Of a DNA stretch of 64,000 nt, positions 16,730 to 26,775 are shown piece after piece. Position 1 is the stretch's first letter. Every line of letters starts with the position of its first letter. Below the pieces are notes generated by a model. That model worked only from the letters and a program-made list of their open reading frames with translations, did no database searches and was not told the DNA's origin. The stretch lies in IMG/VR virus record IMGVR_UViG_3300047491_001293, positions 1-64,000 of that record; one strand, 5' to 3'. This stretch comes from a virus. The position numbers were made by a program, and so were the translations under genes.

Positions 16730-17333
16730 AAGGTATCTCGCCGGGATCATCACTGAGAGCCAGTACTTTGCCATCATCGAGGCAGATGCGGCAGGGGCGG
16801 CTCCAGCTCAGCCTGGTGCGGTTCCAGCTGCGCCAGCGGCTCCAGCTGCGGCTCCAGCCAGCAAGGACATCAACACGGTTGCGGCCTCAATGCAATTTTT
16901 GCCAACAACCAAAAAGAAGCTCACCTACAACTTTGTCGAGAGCGACAGTGAGATGCCAGCCATGACATATGCCGTCGCAAAAGAGAAAAAGCCAGTGGTG
17001 ACAGTAACCGCCGATGGCAAGGAAACACAAAATGTGGCAGAGCCGAATGACATAATCATGAGCGGTCCATCAAGGGAGAACTATGTCGTAAAGGCCGCAA
17101 AGTTCCCAAAGATGTACACAGGGAGCGTTGGAAGCCCAGTTGTCCCAGAGCAGAGCCCAAGAATGGTTTCTGTGTATGCTGGGCAGGAGCCAATTAACTT
17201 CAAGGCCTCCTGGGGTGAAGACATGGTGCTCAAGCCGGGCGACTACTTGGTCAAGGAAGCCGAGGGCAAGTTTTACAGAATTGCCAAGAAGGAATATGAG
17301 ATAACATACAATCCTCCAGGCAAGCAGGGCTAA
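16701..17333 (+). CDS. PGDYG-like protein with LAGIITE N-terminal motif and Ala/Pro linker
   Basis: KPGDYLVK...FYRIAKKEYEITY; duplicated half-domain; GGAAAG SD. Confidence 0.65.
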   Translation: MYDRNNQHYKRYLAGIITESQYFAIIEADAAGAAPAQPGAVPAAPAAPAAAPASKDINTVAASMQFLPTTKKKLTYNFVESDSEMPAMTYAVAKEKKPVVTVTADGKETQNVAEPNDIIMSGPSRENYVVKAAKFPKMYTGSVGSPVVPEQSPRMVSVYAGQEPINFKASWGEDMVLKPGDYLVKEAEGKFYRIAKKEYEITYNPPGKQG

Positions 17334-18037
17334 CCATAGGTTGCGGTCTCTTGCCTCTTGACTGGACATGGGGCAAGAGACTCATTCAATGACTTTAAAG
17401 CAGCCTTCGCATCACACATATCCAAGAAGTTATCATATCCATCGATCAAATCACAATACTTACCCTGCCTGGGGTTGTATTCCTTCCGATATCGAACGCC
17501 TTTTTTCAAGTCCATCACAAAGAACTTGTTGCAAAGAATGGAAAAACCCAAGACAATGGCATTGGAATCAACCAACTTTTTCAATTTGTCATGACGGAAA
17601 TGTATCCTTCCAAGATCCACCCAGTATGAACCCCAGTCGACCATCAACTCAACCGGTCTTTCCAGCAGCTTGAAATCGGTCAGATTGCTTATTTTCCCAG
17701 TCGGCAAAAATTCCCTATCACTGTCCGACCCAGACAACTCCAAGCTAAAAACATCTGCGATCACATCCTCAATGAGCCAGCCAAGCACAAGCTCCGATCC
17801 ATACTCCGATGCAGACCTTTTGTCACGGTGCTTTATGTTCAGCATTTTATTCACATAAGAAAACTCTTCCTCATTGAGGCTGTTGGTCAACAGCCCCCTG
17901 AACAACTTGAACTTGTCTAGGCTTGTGCCAGAGAAGAAACGGCCACGATATCTCACAAAATAGTCCAACAAGTTCAAACCCTCCTTGGCACAAAATCCAT
18001 GGAGCAGTCTCAATTTCTCTTTAATCATGGCAATCAC
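17330..18037 (-). CDS. putative PD-(D/E)XK / restriction endonuclease-like protein
   Basis: GWLIED...TDF.....VEL pattern; downstream of an MTase on the same strand. Confidence 0.4.
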   Translation of the reverse strand: MIAMIKEKLRLLHGFCAKEGLNLLDYFVRYRGRFFSGTSLDKFKLFRGLLTNSLNEEEFSYVNKMLNIKHRDKRSASEYGSELVLGWLIEDVIADVFSLELSGSDSDREFLPTGKISNLTDFKLLERPVELMVDWGSYWVDLGRIHFRHDKLKKLVDSNAIVLGFSILCNKFFVMDLKKGVRYRKEYNPRQGKYCDLIDGYDNFLDMCDAKAALKSLNESLAPCPVKRQETATYG

Positions 18038-18045
18038 CTAAATGG

Positions 18046-18498
18046 TCAACAGCAGCCTCTCCCCTCGCAGCAACTCTTGACGCTGTTGATGCCGCATTTG
18101 TCTGGGGCTAGGCAGTCCGTCTTCTGGTATGCGAGTTCTATATCCAAAAAGCCATCATTGGTGGAGCAGGAAATGGCGTTGAAAATCACGGCATGTGAGC
18201 TTCCATACTCAACATCCACAGCAAGGCAGTCATCGAGTTTTAGATCACCAGACAAAGAGAAAATGTGCAGCAGCTTTGATGCGTCAACCCTGTGGTCATA
18301 GTCATCGGCCACAAAAAGCTGAATCAGGCAACTTTCACGCTTCCTTCTGGTTCCACCACAATCGATGAAGTCCTTTGAGAGCCTGCCTATCTCCGTGACA
18401 TGGAAGTGGCTTTCAACATAGCGCCTTCCAGGCAGCTTTAGTCTGATTTGGGATTTTTCATTGGATCTGAGCAAAGACATCAAGCTTGCTAAATTCAT
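18046..18498 (-). CDS. DUF6428-like Cys-rich protein
   Basis: HFHVTEIG..FIDCGG..IQL..ADD.DHR..TDCLA.DKCG..CC...GCC. Confidence 0.8.
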   Translation of the reverse strand: MNLASLMSLLRSNEKSQIRLKLPGRRYVESHFHVTEIGRLSKDFIDCGGTRRKRESCLIQLFVADDYDHRVDASKLLHIFSLSGDLKLDDCLAVDVEYGSSHAVIFNAISCSTNDGFLDIELAYQKTDCLAPDKCGINSVKSCCEGRGCC

Positions 18499-18546
18499 GT
18501 TGCCTCCAGTTAAATCATTGCAACCACATGAGCTGCATATTCGACA

Positions 18547-18762
18547 TTATAAGTCATTGCTCCAGCTGAAGGACATGCCGATGTCAAGATTTCCAATTCT
18601 TGACGAGCATATGGTCATGTTGCTTGTGAATGGTGCACATCTATGTTTTTGTCCAAAATTAGTGGAGCCAGTGCCGCTACTTTCAAATGTGTAGCTTTTG
18701 AATCTCTCAAACACAATGTCCACCATGAACCTAAAAGCGGCCGATTTCAATGGCATGCTCAC
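18547..18762 (-). CDS. small Ser-rich hypothetical peptide
   Basis: ATGA overlap with MTase stop; ends SFSWSNDL like the 14-15 kb peptides. Confidence 0.45.
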   Translation of the reverse strand: MSMPLKSAAFRFMVDIVFERFKSYTFESSGTGSTNFGQKHRCAPFTSNMTICSSRIGNLDIGMSFSWSNDL

Positions 18763-19736
18763 GATTTAACCCCTAACAGAACAGACAATATGGCCTGGAC
18801 AACAGGAACTGCAATGCTGTTTCCTGCCTGCTTATAAAGCTTGACATCGGTATTGCTGCCAGACCAAACGGCAGCCTCAAAGTCAGAATCATCAAAACCC
18901 ATGAGTCTATAGCACTCCCTTGGGGTGAGCCTCCTGATGTGGCCATCTATGAGGTAGAGGCCAGTCTTGGCGCCCCAGCCGCCACCATTCCCGCATAGGG
19001 TTACCGATGTCCCGTTTTGGCTGTAGACCCTGTCGCACTGCCTGTTCTTGCCAAGGTATCCTATTTGTATAAGTCGGTTTTCTGGCTTTGGTTCATCAAC
19101 ACCGAACCTTGACTCCATGAAGCTGTCAACTTTTGGTGACTTTATCCTGTATCTTTCTGGGGCTTCCTCGAGAAGGTTTGCGAGGCTTGCCATGGATGGC
19201 CTTGGTGGAGGGAAGGAAAAGTCACCACCTCCAAGGCGACTTACTATGAAAACCCTCTCCCTGTTCTGTGGCACACCATAGTCCTTTGCGTTGAGAACCG
19301 CCCAGCTTGATGTGTATCCAAGGTTTGAAAGGTCTGAAAGCAATGTGTCGAACTTGTCCTTGTATTTTTTGCCGACCAAGTTTTTGACATTCTCGATGAT
19401 GGAGTACTTTGGCCTCTTGGCATCAAGGATGCGAAGGCCATGCTGGTACAGCCCTGACCTAGTGCCCTCGCCAAGTCCTTGGTGCTGCCCGGCAACCGAT
19501 ATGTCCTGGCATGGGAAGCCCCATGTCATGAGGTCACAGTCTGGGATGCTGGCAACATTGACGACTGATATGTCACCAATGTTTTTCAGCTTGTCCATGT
19601 TGTGCATGGCACAGTATGCGTTCTCCGCATCTATGTCAATCTCACTGAAGGCCACAGTCTCATGGTCAATCGCAAGATTGCGCATGGCCTTCTCAAAGGC
19701 GCCTATTCCACTGAAAAGACTAAGAAGTTTGATCAC
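18759..19736 (-). CDS. C5 DNA cytosine methyltransferase (single chain)
   Basis: LFSGIG, GFPCQ, ENVK, QNRER, LTPRECYRLMGF, YKQAGNS; probable GTG start at 19736. Confidence 0.95.
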   Translation of the reverse strand: MIKLLSLFSGIGAFEKAMRNLAIDHETVAFSEIDIDAENAYCAMHNMDKLKNIGDISVVNVASIPDCDLMTWGFPCQDISVAGQHQGLGEGTRSGLYQHGLRILDAKRPKYSIIENVKNLVGKKYKDKFDTLLSDLSNLGYTSSWAVLNAKDYGVPQNRERVFIVSRLGGGDFSFPPPRPSMASLANLLEEAPERYRIKSPKVDSFMESRFGVDEPKPENRLIQIGYLGKNRQCDRVYSQNGTSVTLCGNGGGWGAKTGLYLIDGHIRRLTPRECYRLMGFDDSDFEAAVWSGSNTDVKLYKQAGNSIAVPVVQAILSVLLGVKS

Positions 19737-19767
19737 TTGATCATTTTCCCTTGATCTGAAATATCTG

Positions 19768-20325
19768 TCAAACTTTTGACACCAATTTAATCCAACTTCC
19801 ATCTAAGAACTTTTGGTCTGGCGATCCGATCATTTCATCAACTGCCTTTATTACTTCTTCATGGCCACGACTGTAATCATGACCGCCTAAAAAACCGCCA
19901 TTTTTTATCAATGGCAGGTAATTTGAGATGTCTTTTTTTACTTGTTCATATCTGTGAATTCCGTCTATGTAGACAAAATCAAAATGATTTATTTTCAGAG
20001 AAGACACAGCATCGTCAGACTTTTTTCTTACATGACTTATGTTTTTAAACTTGTGTATGTTTGATTTAAACTTTTCATAAACAACAGCCAATGGTGCAAA
20101 TTTGCATGCGCTATCCTTGGGATCATAGTTCTCAATGTATGGATCAATGCTCAAAACGGTCTCAAAATGATCAGCAAAAATCATCGTGCTTTCCCCAGCA
20201 TATGATCCTATTTCAATCATTTTCATTTTCTTTGTGTCAGAATAACCAGATATGTACTTAATCAAATCACGCAAGCCTTCAGTGCCTGGTTTGTTCCTCA
20301 TCTCTCTTATTTTTTCTTTGCTCAT
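19768..20325 (-). CDS. class I SAM-dependent methyltransferase (Methyltransf_24-like)
   Basis: IEIGSYAGES, DFVYIDG.H.Y, GGFLGGHDY. Confidence 0.9.
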   Translation of the reverse strand: MSKEKIREMRNKPGTEGLRDLIKYISGYSDTKKMKMIEIGSYAGESTMIFADHFETVLSIDPYIENYDPKDSACKFAPLAVVYEKFKSNIHKFKNISHVRKKSDDAVSSLKINHFDFVYIDGIHRYEQVKKDISNYLPLIKNGGFLGGHDYSRGHEEVIKAVDEMIGSPDQKFLDGSWIKLVSKV

Positions 20326-20377
20326 TTTTACCTTCGATTGTTTTAATTTGCAGCATTTTCATTGAGTAGATTTATTC

Positions 20378-21190
20378 TCAAATATCCAGATTGACGCCAT
20401 TTAACAAAGCTTCTTCCCTTACCATTTTCAACCATGTCTTGGAATGAATGTGATCATCATATGTTCTCTGCCTGGACATGGTCATATGGCTGATCATCTT
20501 TTTGCCCTTAAATGAATAAAACTCAAATTGTGGATCTTTTGTTCTCATGCTGTCCAACAAAACAGTCCTATATCCATGTTTTGCCATCTCCCGTGGTATC
20601 CTGTATCCAGTTTCCATGTAAACTTTAGATCCAACTGGCTTGTTCCAAATTGAGTTGTTTTCATCTGTTACATCAATCCACTTTCCACCCATTTTTTCAG
20701 GATCTGTGGTTCTGTCATAGGATGCGCCTATTTCTAAGAATTTTTGCTTAGAAAAAACACAAGCCATGCTGCTTGGATAGCCCCTCCACAAATCATCAAT
20801 GACTGGTTCTGAGCCACAGGCAATTGTATCACCATTTATCTGGGCTGACATTGTTTGTGCCCAACCTTGGCACAGAAAAGCAACATCAAGGTCAAAAACC
20901 CCAGTTATTTCTGATTCGGCCGCCATCCACAGCGCATCCAGCATCGCTCCATGCCTTAGGCTAGTGTATCTGTATGTTTTGTAATTTATATCTGTCGGCA
21001 AATTTAAACTTTCAATGATTCTGTATTTTCCAGAAAATGGCTTTAAAGTTTCCATGACTGCGTCAGTGTCAGTCAATGGGTCTAAGATGAATACCCATTT
21101 TATTTTTGGCTCAGTAATCGCCGATGAGTGCAATAAAAGTTTCAGATAACCTTCGCTGCCGGGTCCTATTGGCGCTCCAAATTCAAACAT
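20378..21190 (-). CDS. putative glycosyltransferase-like protein
   Basis: DLDVAF (DxD) motif; context. Confidence 0.45.
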   Translation of the reverse strand: MFEFGAPIGPGSEGYLKLLLHSSAITEPKIKWVFILDPLTDTDAVMETLKPFSGKYRIIESLNLPTDINYKTYRYTSLRHGAMLDALWMAAESEITGVFDLDVAFLCQGWAQTMSAQINGDTIACGSEPVIDDLWRGYPSSMACVFSKQKFLEIGASYDRTTDPEKMGGKWIDVTDENNSIWNKPVGSKVYMETGYRIPREMAKHGYRTVLLDSMRTKDPQFEFYSFKGKKMISHMTMSRQRTYDDHIHSKTWLKMVREEALLNGVNLDI

Positions 21191-21296
21191 GTTTACCTCA
21201 ATTTATATATGTTTTTTGAAACAATTTAACATGAGGCAAATTTCAGCAAATTCAAAGACTCACTGGCGTAAATTTTAAAAGAAAAAACTAAAAAAA

Positions 21297-21323
21297 GGCG
21301 ACTAAGTTCATAACTTAGTCGCC
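21297..21323 (-). terminator. rho-independent terminator
   Basis: GGCGACTAAGTT-CAT-AACTTAGTCGCC perfect stem with T-run on - strand. Confidence 0.85.
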
Positions 21324-21346
21324 AAAAATTCAAAGTTTTGTGAACA

Positions 21347-21649
21347 TCAATCATCAAGTGTGTGGAAAACCCAGTTTGGCTGGTACACCAACTCCACGGC
21401 ATTAAGTGATATTATCACCGATGAGCCAATTGGATCCTCGCTGTTTGGCCTCTCGCTGGAGCTTGCCCCGGATGACTCAACAGCCCGTGCTTGGGCAAGG
21501 ACGACGCAATCGTCACAAACCTTGCTCAGTATGCCACGGTAGTTGAACCGAGCGCACAGTATTGCCACAGGTTGCCCTATGTAATCCTGCATGATCAACG
21601 CCATGTTTGCCCCCGTGGAGTTCTCCGGGGACACTCTCTTCTTCTTCAT
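21347..21649 (-). CDS. Sm/LSm-like small beta-barrel protein (putative)
   Basis: YIGQPVAI.CARFNYRGIL..V.DDCVVL..A..V; AAAGGAAAG SD; start re-called. Confidence 0.5.
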   Translation of the reverse strand: MKKKRVSPENSTGANMALIMQDYIGQPVAILCARFNYRGILSKVCDDCVVLAQARAVESSGASSSERPNSEDPIGSSVIISLNAVELVYQPNWVFHTLDD

Positions 21650-21662
21650 GCTTCTTTCCTTT

Positions 21663-21983
21663 CTAATCCGCCACTCGGCGTTCCCTGTCGGCAGCAAGAG
21701 GGTCATACTCCCTCTGCCTGCTGACACATACCCATTCACCCTGTGGCAACACAATCTGGTCATGCTCGTCATGGCCGATGGTGATGCTTGATTTCATTGA
21801 GCGGACATAGATGTCACCTCTCTCGTCAATCACGCTTTCCATCTCCGATATCGATGGCGACATGATTTTGTGGGAGTGCCCCGTGACCTCGCCATGGGCA
21901 AGGATGTTTGTCTCATGCTTTTTGTGGTTGCGTGGTGGCGACTTCACCGTCTTGAAAAAGATGTCTCCTTGTCTTGCCTGCAT
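21663..21983 (-). CDS. conserved RQGD / GEVTGH.H protein (usual DUF6745 neighbour)
   Basis: MQARQGDI..LAHGEVTGHSH..HDEH..I.LP..RQREYDP..RRVAD; AGGAGG SD. Confidence 0.8.
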   Translation of the reverse strand: MQARQGDIFFKTVKSPPRNHKKHETNILAHGEVTGHSHKIMSPSISEMESVIDERGDIYVRSMKSSITIGHDEHDQIVLPQGEWVCVSRQREYDPLAADRERRVAD

Positions 21984-21995
21984 AAAAACCTCCTT

Positions 21996-22583
21996 TTAGG
22001 TTTCCTGGGTTGGGTTGTAATCGCTCGCATTAAGTCCGAAAGTCCAAGCCACGGCTTGCTTGCACTTTTTCATGTTTGGCGGCACGCATAGGTAGTAGTT
22101 CTTGAAGCTGCCATCTGGTTCCATGGTGCTGTTCACCACCTTGAGATAACTTACGGGCTCGGATAGGCCGCCATCAAACTGGAATAGGACCATGCCCTTG
22201 GATTCATCACTATCTATGATTCTGGTCCTCTTATCCGCCATGACCTTCTCAAGGCCAATGATGCGCATGCCAACATAGCGAACCTCGGCATTGGGGTGTG
22301 AAAGGACATCATCTATGGTAAGGGTCTCTGGCTTTGTGCAGTAGTGCGGTGGAACCCTTATGTTCTCATAGTAGTAGGTTATGGAGCCATGCTTGTCGGC
22401 ATCAATTCCATGCCTCCGCCCATTGATGTAGTGCGCTATCCTCGTGGGCGAAATGTAAGCAGGCCCATCATCACGGTGCAGCCTTCCATCCTCGTTCTTG
22501 AATGTTTGCATCTGGCCAAACGGGAACTCCTTGCTGAAGTAATCCAGACGACTCCGCCAAGCTTCAAACCCCGAGTTCTTCAT
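21996..22583 (-). CDS. DUF6745-like protein
   Basis: LHRDDGPA, NAEVR, VVNSTMEPDG..K.Y.L.VPP, AVAWTFGL..Y.P..ET. Confidence 0.8.
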   Translation of the reverse strand: MKNSGFEAWRSRLDYFSKEFPFGQMQTFKNEDGRLHRDDGPAYISPTRIAHYINGRRHGIDADKHGSITYYYENIRVPPHYCTKPETLTIDDVLSHPNAEVRYVGMRIIGLEKVMADKRTRIIDSDESKGMVLFQFDGGLSEPVSYLKVVNSTMEPDGSFKNYYLCVPPNMKKCKQAVAWTFGLNASDYNPTQET

Positions 22584-22599
22584 TTACGCCTCCAAAAGA

Positions 22600-22627
22600 A
22601 GTATACCACCAATGGCGTAGATGTAAA
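22600..22627 (-). promoter_or_regulatory. sigma70-type promoter TTTACA-N16-TATACT
   Basis: Direct match with A-tract upstream, before GGAGG SD of 22583. Confidence 0.65.
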
Positions 22628-22628
22628 C

Positions 22629-22871
22629 CTATTTTTTTGATCCTGCGATGGCGGACTGCAACTGGAATATCATCTCTTCGGATATTGCATTTTTTCGGCT
22701 GCTCTCGTGCAGATCCTTTTCGAGCGTGAACTTGTCCGAGTAAACCCTGACAAGTTCATCTTCAAGCTTGATGGCCTTCATGTGGTTTCCTAAGGCCACA
22801 AGGGACATGCCAAGAGTGATAGACAGTGAAGCAAGGGCAACATAAATCCTGTAATCAAAAAATCTTTGCAT
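22629..22871 (-). CDS. small membrane-anchored coiled-coil protein
   Basis: MQRFFDY..., one TM; GAGG SD; start re-called. Confidence 0.6.
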   Translation of the reverse strand: MQRFFDYRIYVALASLSITLGMSLVALGNHMKAIKLEDELVRVYSDKFTLEKDLHESSRKNAISEEMIFQLQSAIAGSKK

Positions 22872-22938
22872 GTCAACCTCTTTGAAAAAGGGCATAATAG
22901 AAAAATTGATTAATGGTGTCAATTGCAAATGAAAAAAC

Positions 22939-23796
22939 CTACAACAATGTTTTTCTTGAAAGTCTTTTTTTATACAAATCCTCAAGCTTGCCAATGGCCT
23001 CAATGTTGTTGATCTTCTTTGACTGCAACTCCCTAAAGACATGCTGCGATGCTGGGATGCCAAATATTCTGGTCGCCGTCTCCACATCAAAAAAGCCACT
23101 CTCAAGGTGGCCAAGTATTCTTTGTGGTGTGTCGCAGAGACCATATATGAAACTTGATGGGGCATGTTTAACATTGAGGCACTTGCAATGGTGCTCCATC
23201 AGCCATTCACTTATCCACTTTACATTGTGGACCAACAGGTAGTAGTCCATGAGGTCATAGCACGAGCAAAGCTTGTCCATAGTGGCGGAGTCTGACATGA
23301 AGCAGTTGTCGGTCATCATGGCGTGGAAGCAATTTTTCGGGAAGCAAACATCGCCTGGGCTCATCTTGGCGGGTGAAATTTCAAGTATTCTTGCGTCAGG
23401 TCTGCTCCTGATGACGAGATCGTAAGTCATGAAGTTTTTGTACTCATGCTCCCTCTTGAGGTCGTTTGCCGCACGCATCATGAAGTAGTAGTTGTAGTTG
23501 TCGGCGCCACTTCTGCCCTTGTGGAATCCTGCATCGTAAGGTCTTCTCTGGCGCATGTTGTCGTACTTCATGACATGTGCGCTGTAAACAACATCATAGC
23601 AGTAGACCATGTGCGACTTTGGGTTGAGAACTTCCAGAGCTTCATTTATCCGTGCTGCAGACTTTGAGCCAACATCCTCGTTGTCCCATGTCGCAAGAAA
23701 GCAGTCAGCCTGTACGGTCTCAAAAAATCTCTTGTGGAATGGGGCCATTCTTTGCAACTCACGCAGGTGACCAGACATGCAGATAGCCACTTTCAT
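22939..23796 (-). CDS. putative glycosyltransferase (KVAIC.SG.LR / YD.VIR.RPD family)
   Basis: Motifs typical of large-phage and giant-virus glycan clusters. Confidence 0.7.
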   Translation of the reverse strand: MKVAICMSGHLRELQRMAPFHKRFFETVQADCFLATWDNEDVGSKSAARINEALEVLNPKSHMVYCYDVVYSAHVMKYDNMRQRRPYDAGFHKGRSGADNYNYYFMMRAANDLKREHEYKNFMTYDLVIRSRPDARILEISPAKMSPGDVCFPKNCFHAMMTDNCFMSDSATMDKLCSCYDLMDYYLLVHNVKWISEWLMEHHCKCLNVKHAPSSFIYGLCDTPQRILGHLESGFFDVETATRIFGIPASQHVFRELQSKKINNIEAIGKLEDLYKKRLSRKTLL

Positions 23797-24401
23797 CTTT
23801 TGAACCTCTTCTTGACGATTACCTGTCCATGTGAGATCCTCAGATGGTCAATGCTTGATACCCCCTGGTTGGGAACCCTGTCGTTCCTGCCAGCCTCATC
23901 AACCAGATCCTTGACGAACCCAACCATCCCAGAGTAATGGCCTTTGGAAAATTGTTTTCCATCTATCCAGTTCGGCCAATAACCAGTGCCCCAGTCCTCA
24001 ATTATGTAGAGACCGCCTGGGCTGGTGAAATTGAAAAGAAAGTTGTATGAAAACCTTGCCACTTCACCAATGTGAGCCGCATCATCTATGATGATGTCGA
24101 ATTGCTTGTGATCATCTACGATTCTGCTGAGCACTTTGATGTCAGATTGGTCTCCGTGATAGAAAGCAGACCTATCCTCAAAGCCTTTTAAATTGGCGAT
24201 GTTTAGGTTGTCAAGTCCAACAACAAATGCGTTTGGGAAATATGAAAGCCACATTTTCATGGATGCACCGTCATAGACACCGATCTCAAGAATTCTTACA
24301 CTCTTCTCCCTGAGAGGCTCAAACAAGTCGGCATACACATCAATATACGACGCTATTTTGCCGTAACCATAGACTCTTGCTATGTCATGAAGTTTCTGCA
24401 T
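23793..24401 (-). CDS. SAM-dependent O-methyltransferase (demethylmacrocin/MycE-like)
   Basis: ILEIGV..GAS, GDQSD, FDIIIDD..H, PGGLYIIED. Confidence 0.85.
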   Translation of the reverse strand: MQKLHDIARVYGYGKIASYIDVYADLFEPLREKSVRILEIGVYDGASMKMWLSYFPNAFVVGLDNLNIANLKGFEDRSAFYHGDQSDIKVLSRIVDDHKQFDIIIDDAAHIGEVARFSYNFLFNFTSPGGLYIIEDWGTGYWPNWIDGKQFSKGHYSGMVGFVKDLVDEAGRNDRVPNQGVSSIDHLRISHGQVIVKKRFKR

Positions 24402-24608
24402 GAAATATCTACATTGCCATGTTTATTTTTCATGTTGGATGATTACTTAACCACAAAAATTTCAAAGTAAAACAGCTATGTATAATCGTAAAAATAACAC
24501 CAAAACATGAGGCGTTAGAGCGGTCAGACGACCTTGGGAGCATATATACATCAAGAATTGAATACAAGTGAAATGAAAGATGGGCATCCTTGATCGCAGG
24601 AGGCGAAA

Positions 24609-25214
24609 ATGGCTCTCAGATACTTTCTTTTCGATTTGGATGGCGTTCTCATAAACGCATGCGACTGGCATTATGAGTGCCTCAACATGGCCATGGAGCA
24701 GGTCGTCGGATTCTCCATAAGCAGACAAGACCATGAAACAAAGTTCAATGGGCTTCCATCACAAACCAAGCTGAAAATGCTTGGTGTCATGCCACACCAC
24801 CGAGAGATGATATGCGCCGAGAAAAGGCGGTTCATCCAGAAGAAGATAGACATGTACAAACAAGACCAATCAAAGATTGATCTTTTGAGCCACCTTTCTG
24901 GCATTGGCAAGGTGGCATGCGTGACAAACTCAATAAGAAGCAGTACAATAGCCATGCTTCGTGCGGTGGGTGTTGTGTCCAGCATGTCTCTGCTTGTGAC
25001 AAACGAGGATGTCAAAAACCACAAGCCAAGCCCAGAGCCATACAACATGGCAATGGAAATGCTTGGTGCAAACCCAGAGGAGACCCTTATCGTTGAGGAC
25101 TCTCCATTTGGGTTGCAAGCTGCGGTGTGCAGCCGTGCATCGGTGATCTGGAAGGTCAAAGATGCAAGTGAGGTAAACTTGAATGGATTCAAATCAAGGT
25201 TTGGAGGCCTATGA
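24609..25214 (+). CDS. HAD-family phosphatase
   Basis: FDLDGVL, TNS, KPSPEPY, VEDS..G. Confidence 0.9.
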   Translation: MALRYFLFDLDGVLINACDWHYECLNMAMEQVVGFSISRQDHETKFNGLPSQTKLKMLGVMPHHREMICAEKRRFIQKKIDMYKQDQSKIDLLSHLSGIGKVACVTNSIRSSTIAMLRAVGVVSSMSLLVTNEDVKNHKPSPEPYNMAMEMLGANPEETLIVEDSPFGLQAAVCSRASVIWKVKDASEVNLNGFKSRFGGL

Positions 25215-25939
25215 AACTTGTAATACCAATGGCTGGCGATGGGACCAGGTTCTCCCAATGTGGTTACGATCTGCCAAAGCCTCTGATAGATGCGTGCGGC
25301 AAACCAATCATATCCCATGTTATTGGCAATTTCAACTCATTGGCAATAGACGAGGTGGTGTTCATATGTCGCCAAGAGCATGAGGACAAGTATGGCATCT
25401 CTTCAAGGCTTGAGGTTCTATGCGGCAGGCGCAAGTCAAGATTTGTTTTCGTGAACAAGCTCACTGAGGGGGCTGCCTGCTCCCTGCTGTTAGCCAAGGA
25501 TTACATCGACATTGATGATTCGATCATAATCGCAAACTCAGACCAGTATGTGTCATGGGACATCAACAAGTTCCTGTCCTCATGCCAGGGTCTGGATGGG
25601 TGCATCCTCACATTTAGGTCAAGTGACCCAAAATGGAGCTATGCAAAATTGGGCAGCAACGGCCTGGTCAAGTGTGTTGCTGAGAAGGTCGCCATAAGCG
25701 ACATGGCAACCGTTGGAATATACCACTGGGCTAGGGGCTGTGAGTTCGTCTCATGCGCCGAGCAGATGATAAGGAAGAACATAAGGACAAGGAATGAGTT
25801 CTATCTGTGCCCAGTGTACAATGAGGCGGTTGAGGCTGGTCTTTCGATAGGGATACACGAGATAGACAGCCATGACATGTGGGGGCTGGGAACTCCAGAG
25901 GATCTGGAAAAATTCAAGTCAGGCTTCTGTGGGTCATGA
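25211..25939 (+). CDS. sugar-phosphate nucleotidyltransferase (dTDP-glucose pyrophosphorylase-like)
   Basis: IPMAG.G.RF..GY.LPKPLI, EK..IS..ATVGIY, GLGTPEDL. Confidence 0.9.
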   Translation: MKLVIPMAGDGTRFSQCGYDLPKPLIDACGKPIISHVIGNFNSLAIDEVVFICRQEHEDKYGISSRLEVLCGRRKSRFVFVNKLTEGAACSLLLAKDYIDIDDSIIIANSDQYVSWDINKFLSSCQGLDGCILTFRSSDPKWSYAKLGSNGLVKCVAEKVAISDMATVGIYHWARGCEFVSCAEQMIRKNIRTRNEFYLCPVYNEAVEAGLSIGIHEIDSHDMWGLGTPEDLEKFKSGFCGS

Positions 25940-26765
25940 GGGTAACAATATATGTCATCACCTATAGGAATGACAGGATCCTGAATGAGTGGTTTCTTGC
26001 GTCCCTAGCAAAATCAAGCTACCCAAGGGAAAAGGTATGTTTGCAGATCCAGAACAACTTTTCCGACAAAGTCAGCATTGATGACGCACACAGGACGCTC
26101 ATCAACTACATCCACCACAACACCATGAGGCTGGATAGGTCTACAGGCCACTTGGCCAGAGACTGGAACCATGGTATCATGAATGGAATGGTCGATCTGG
26201 ACAGGCCAAAATCTGATGTGGTGATGCTTCTCCAGAATGACAATAGGCTTGAGCCAGACTGGTATGAGAGGGTTTGCAAGGCCATGTCAGAAAACACATT
26301 CGCCTCCTACGGCGCAGGCGACCAGTGCATGCTTGTCCGCCCAGCTTGCGTCAAGAGGGTTGGCATGTTTGACGAGAGATTCTGTGACATATACCTTCAA
26401 GAGGGTGATTACTTCTTGCGGTGCATATGGCGCATACCAATGCACGCATATCGATCAATGACGACTACCATGGTAGGGTTCACAGGCCATCGCCTGACTT
26501 CTGCCCAGTGGTGCGAACCTTGACTGGATCGCAGAGGCGTGGGGGTTACCACATGGCATCTGTTGGCAACCACCAAGTATCGGTCGGCTTTTGGAGAAAG
26601 AAATGGCCATTCCATGACAGGGGTTGGAGATCAACCTGGAACCTTGCCAAGTCGGTGGCGCACAGTGGAGCCCCATTTGTACTCATGTACATGATGTACC
26701 CATACTTTGAAAGGGCGATTGATCGTAGCGTCTATGAGAAATGGTCGCCCTTCAAGCTGCAATAG
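25936..26765 (+). pseudogene. GT-A glycosyltransferase paralog 1, frameshifted at about 26449
   Basis: Track ORFs 25879..26523 and 26421..26765 jointly align to full-length 26776..27600; extra TA at 26449-26450. Confidence 0.8.
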
Positions 26766-26775
26766 GTAACTAACC

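Noticed and set aside
19244-19495. Nested beta ORF in the fourth MTase
   Set aside because: Lacks the LSD.LE..YYLS motif, whose equivalent is already in the main frame
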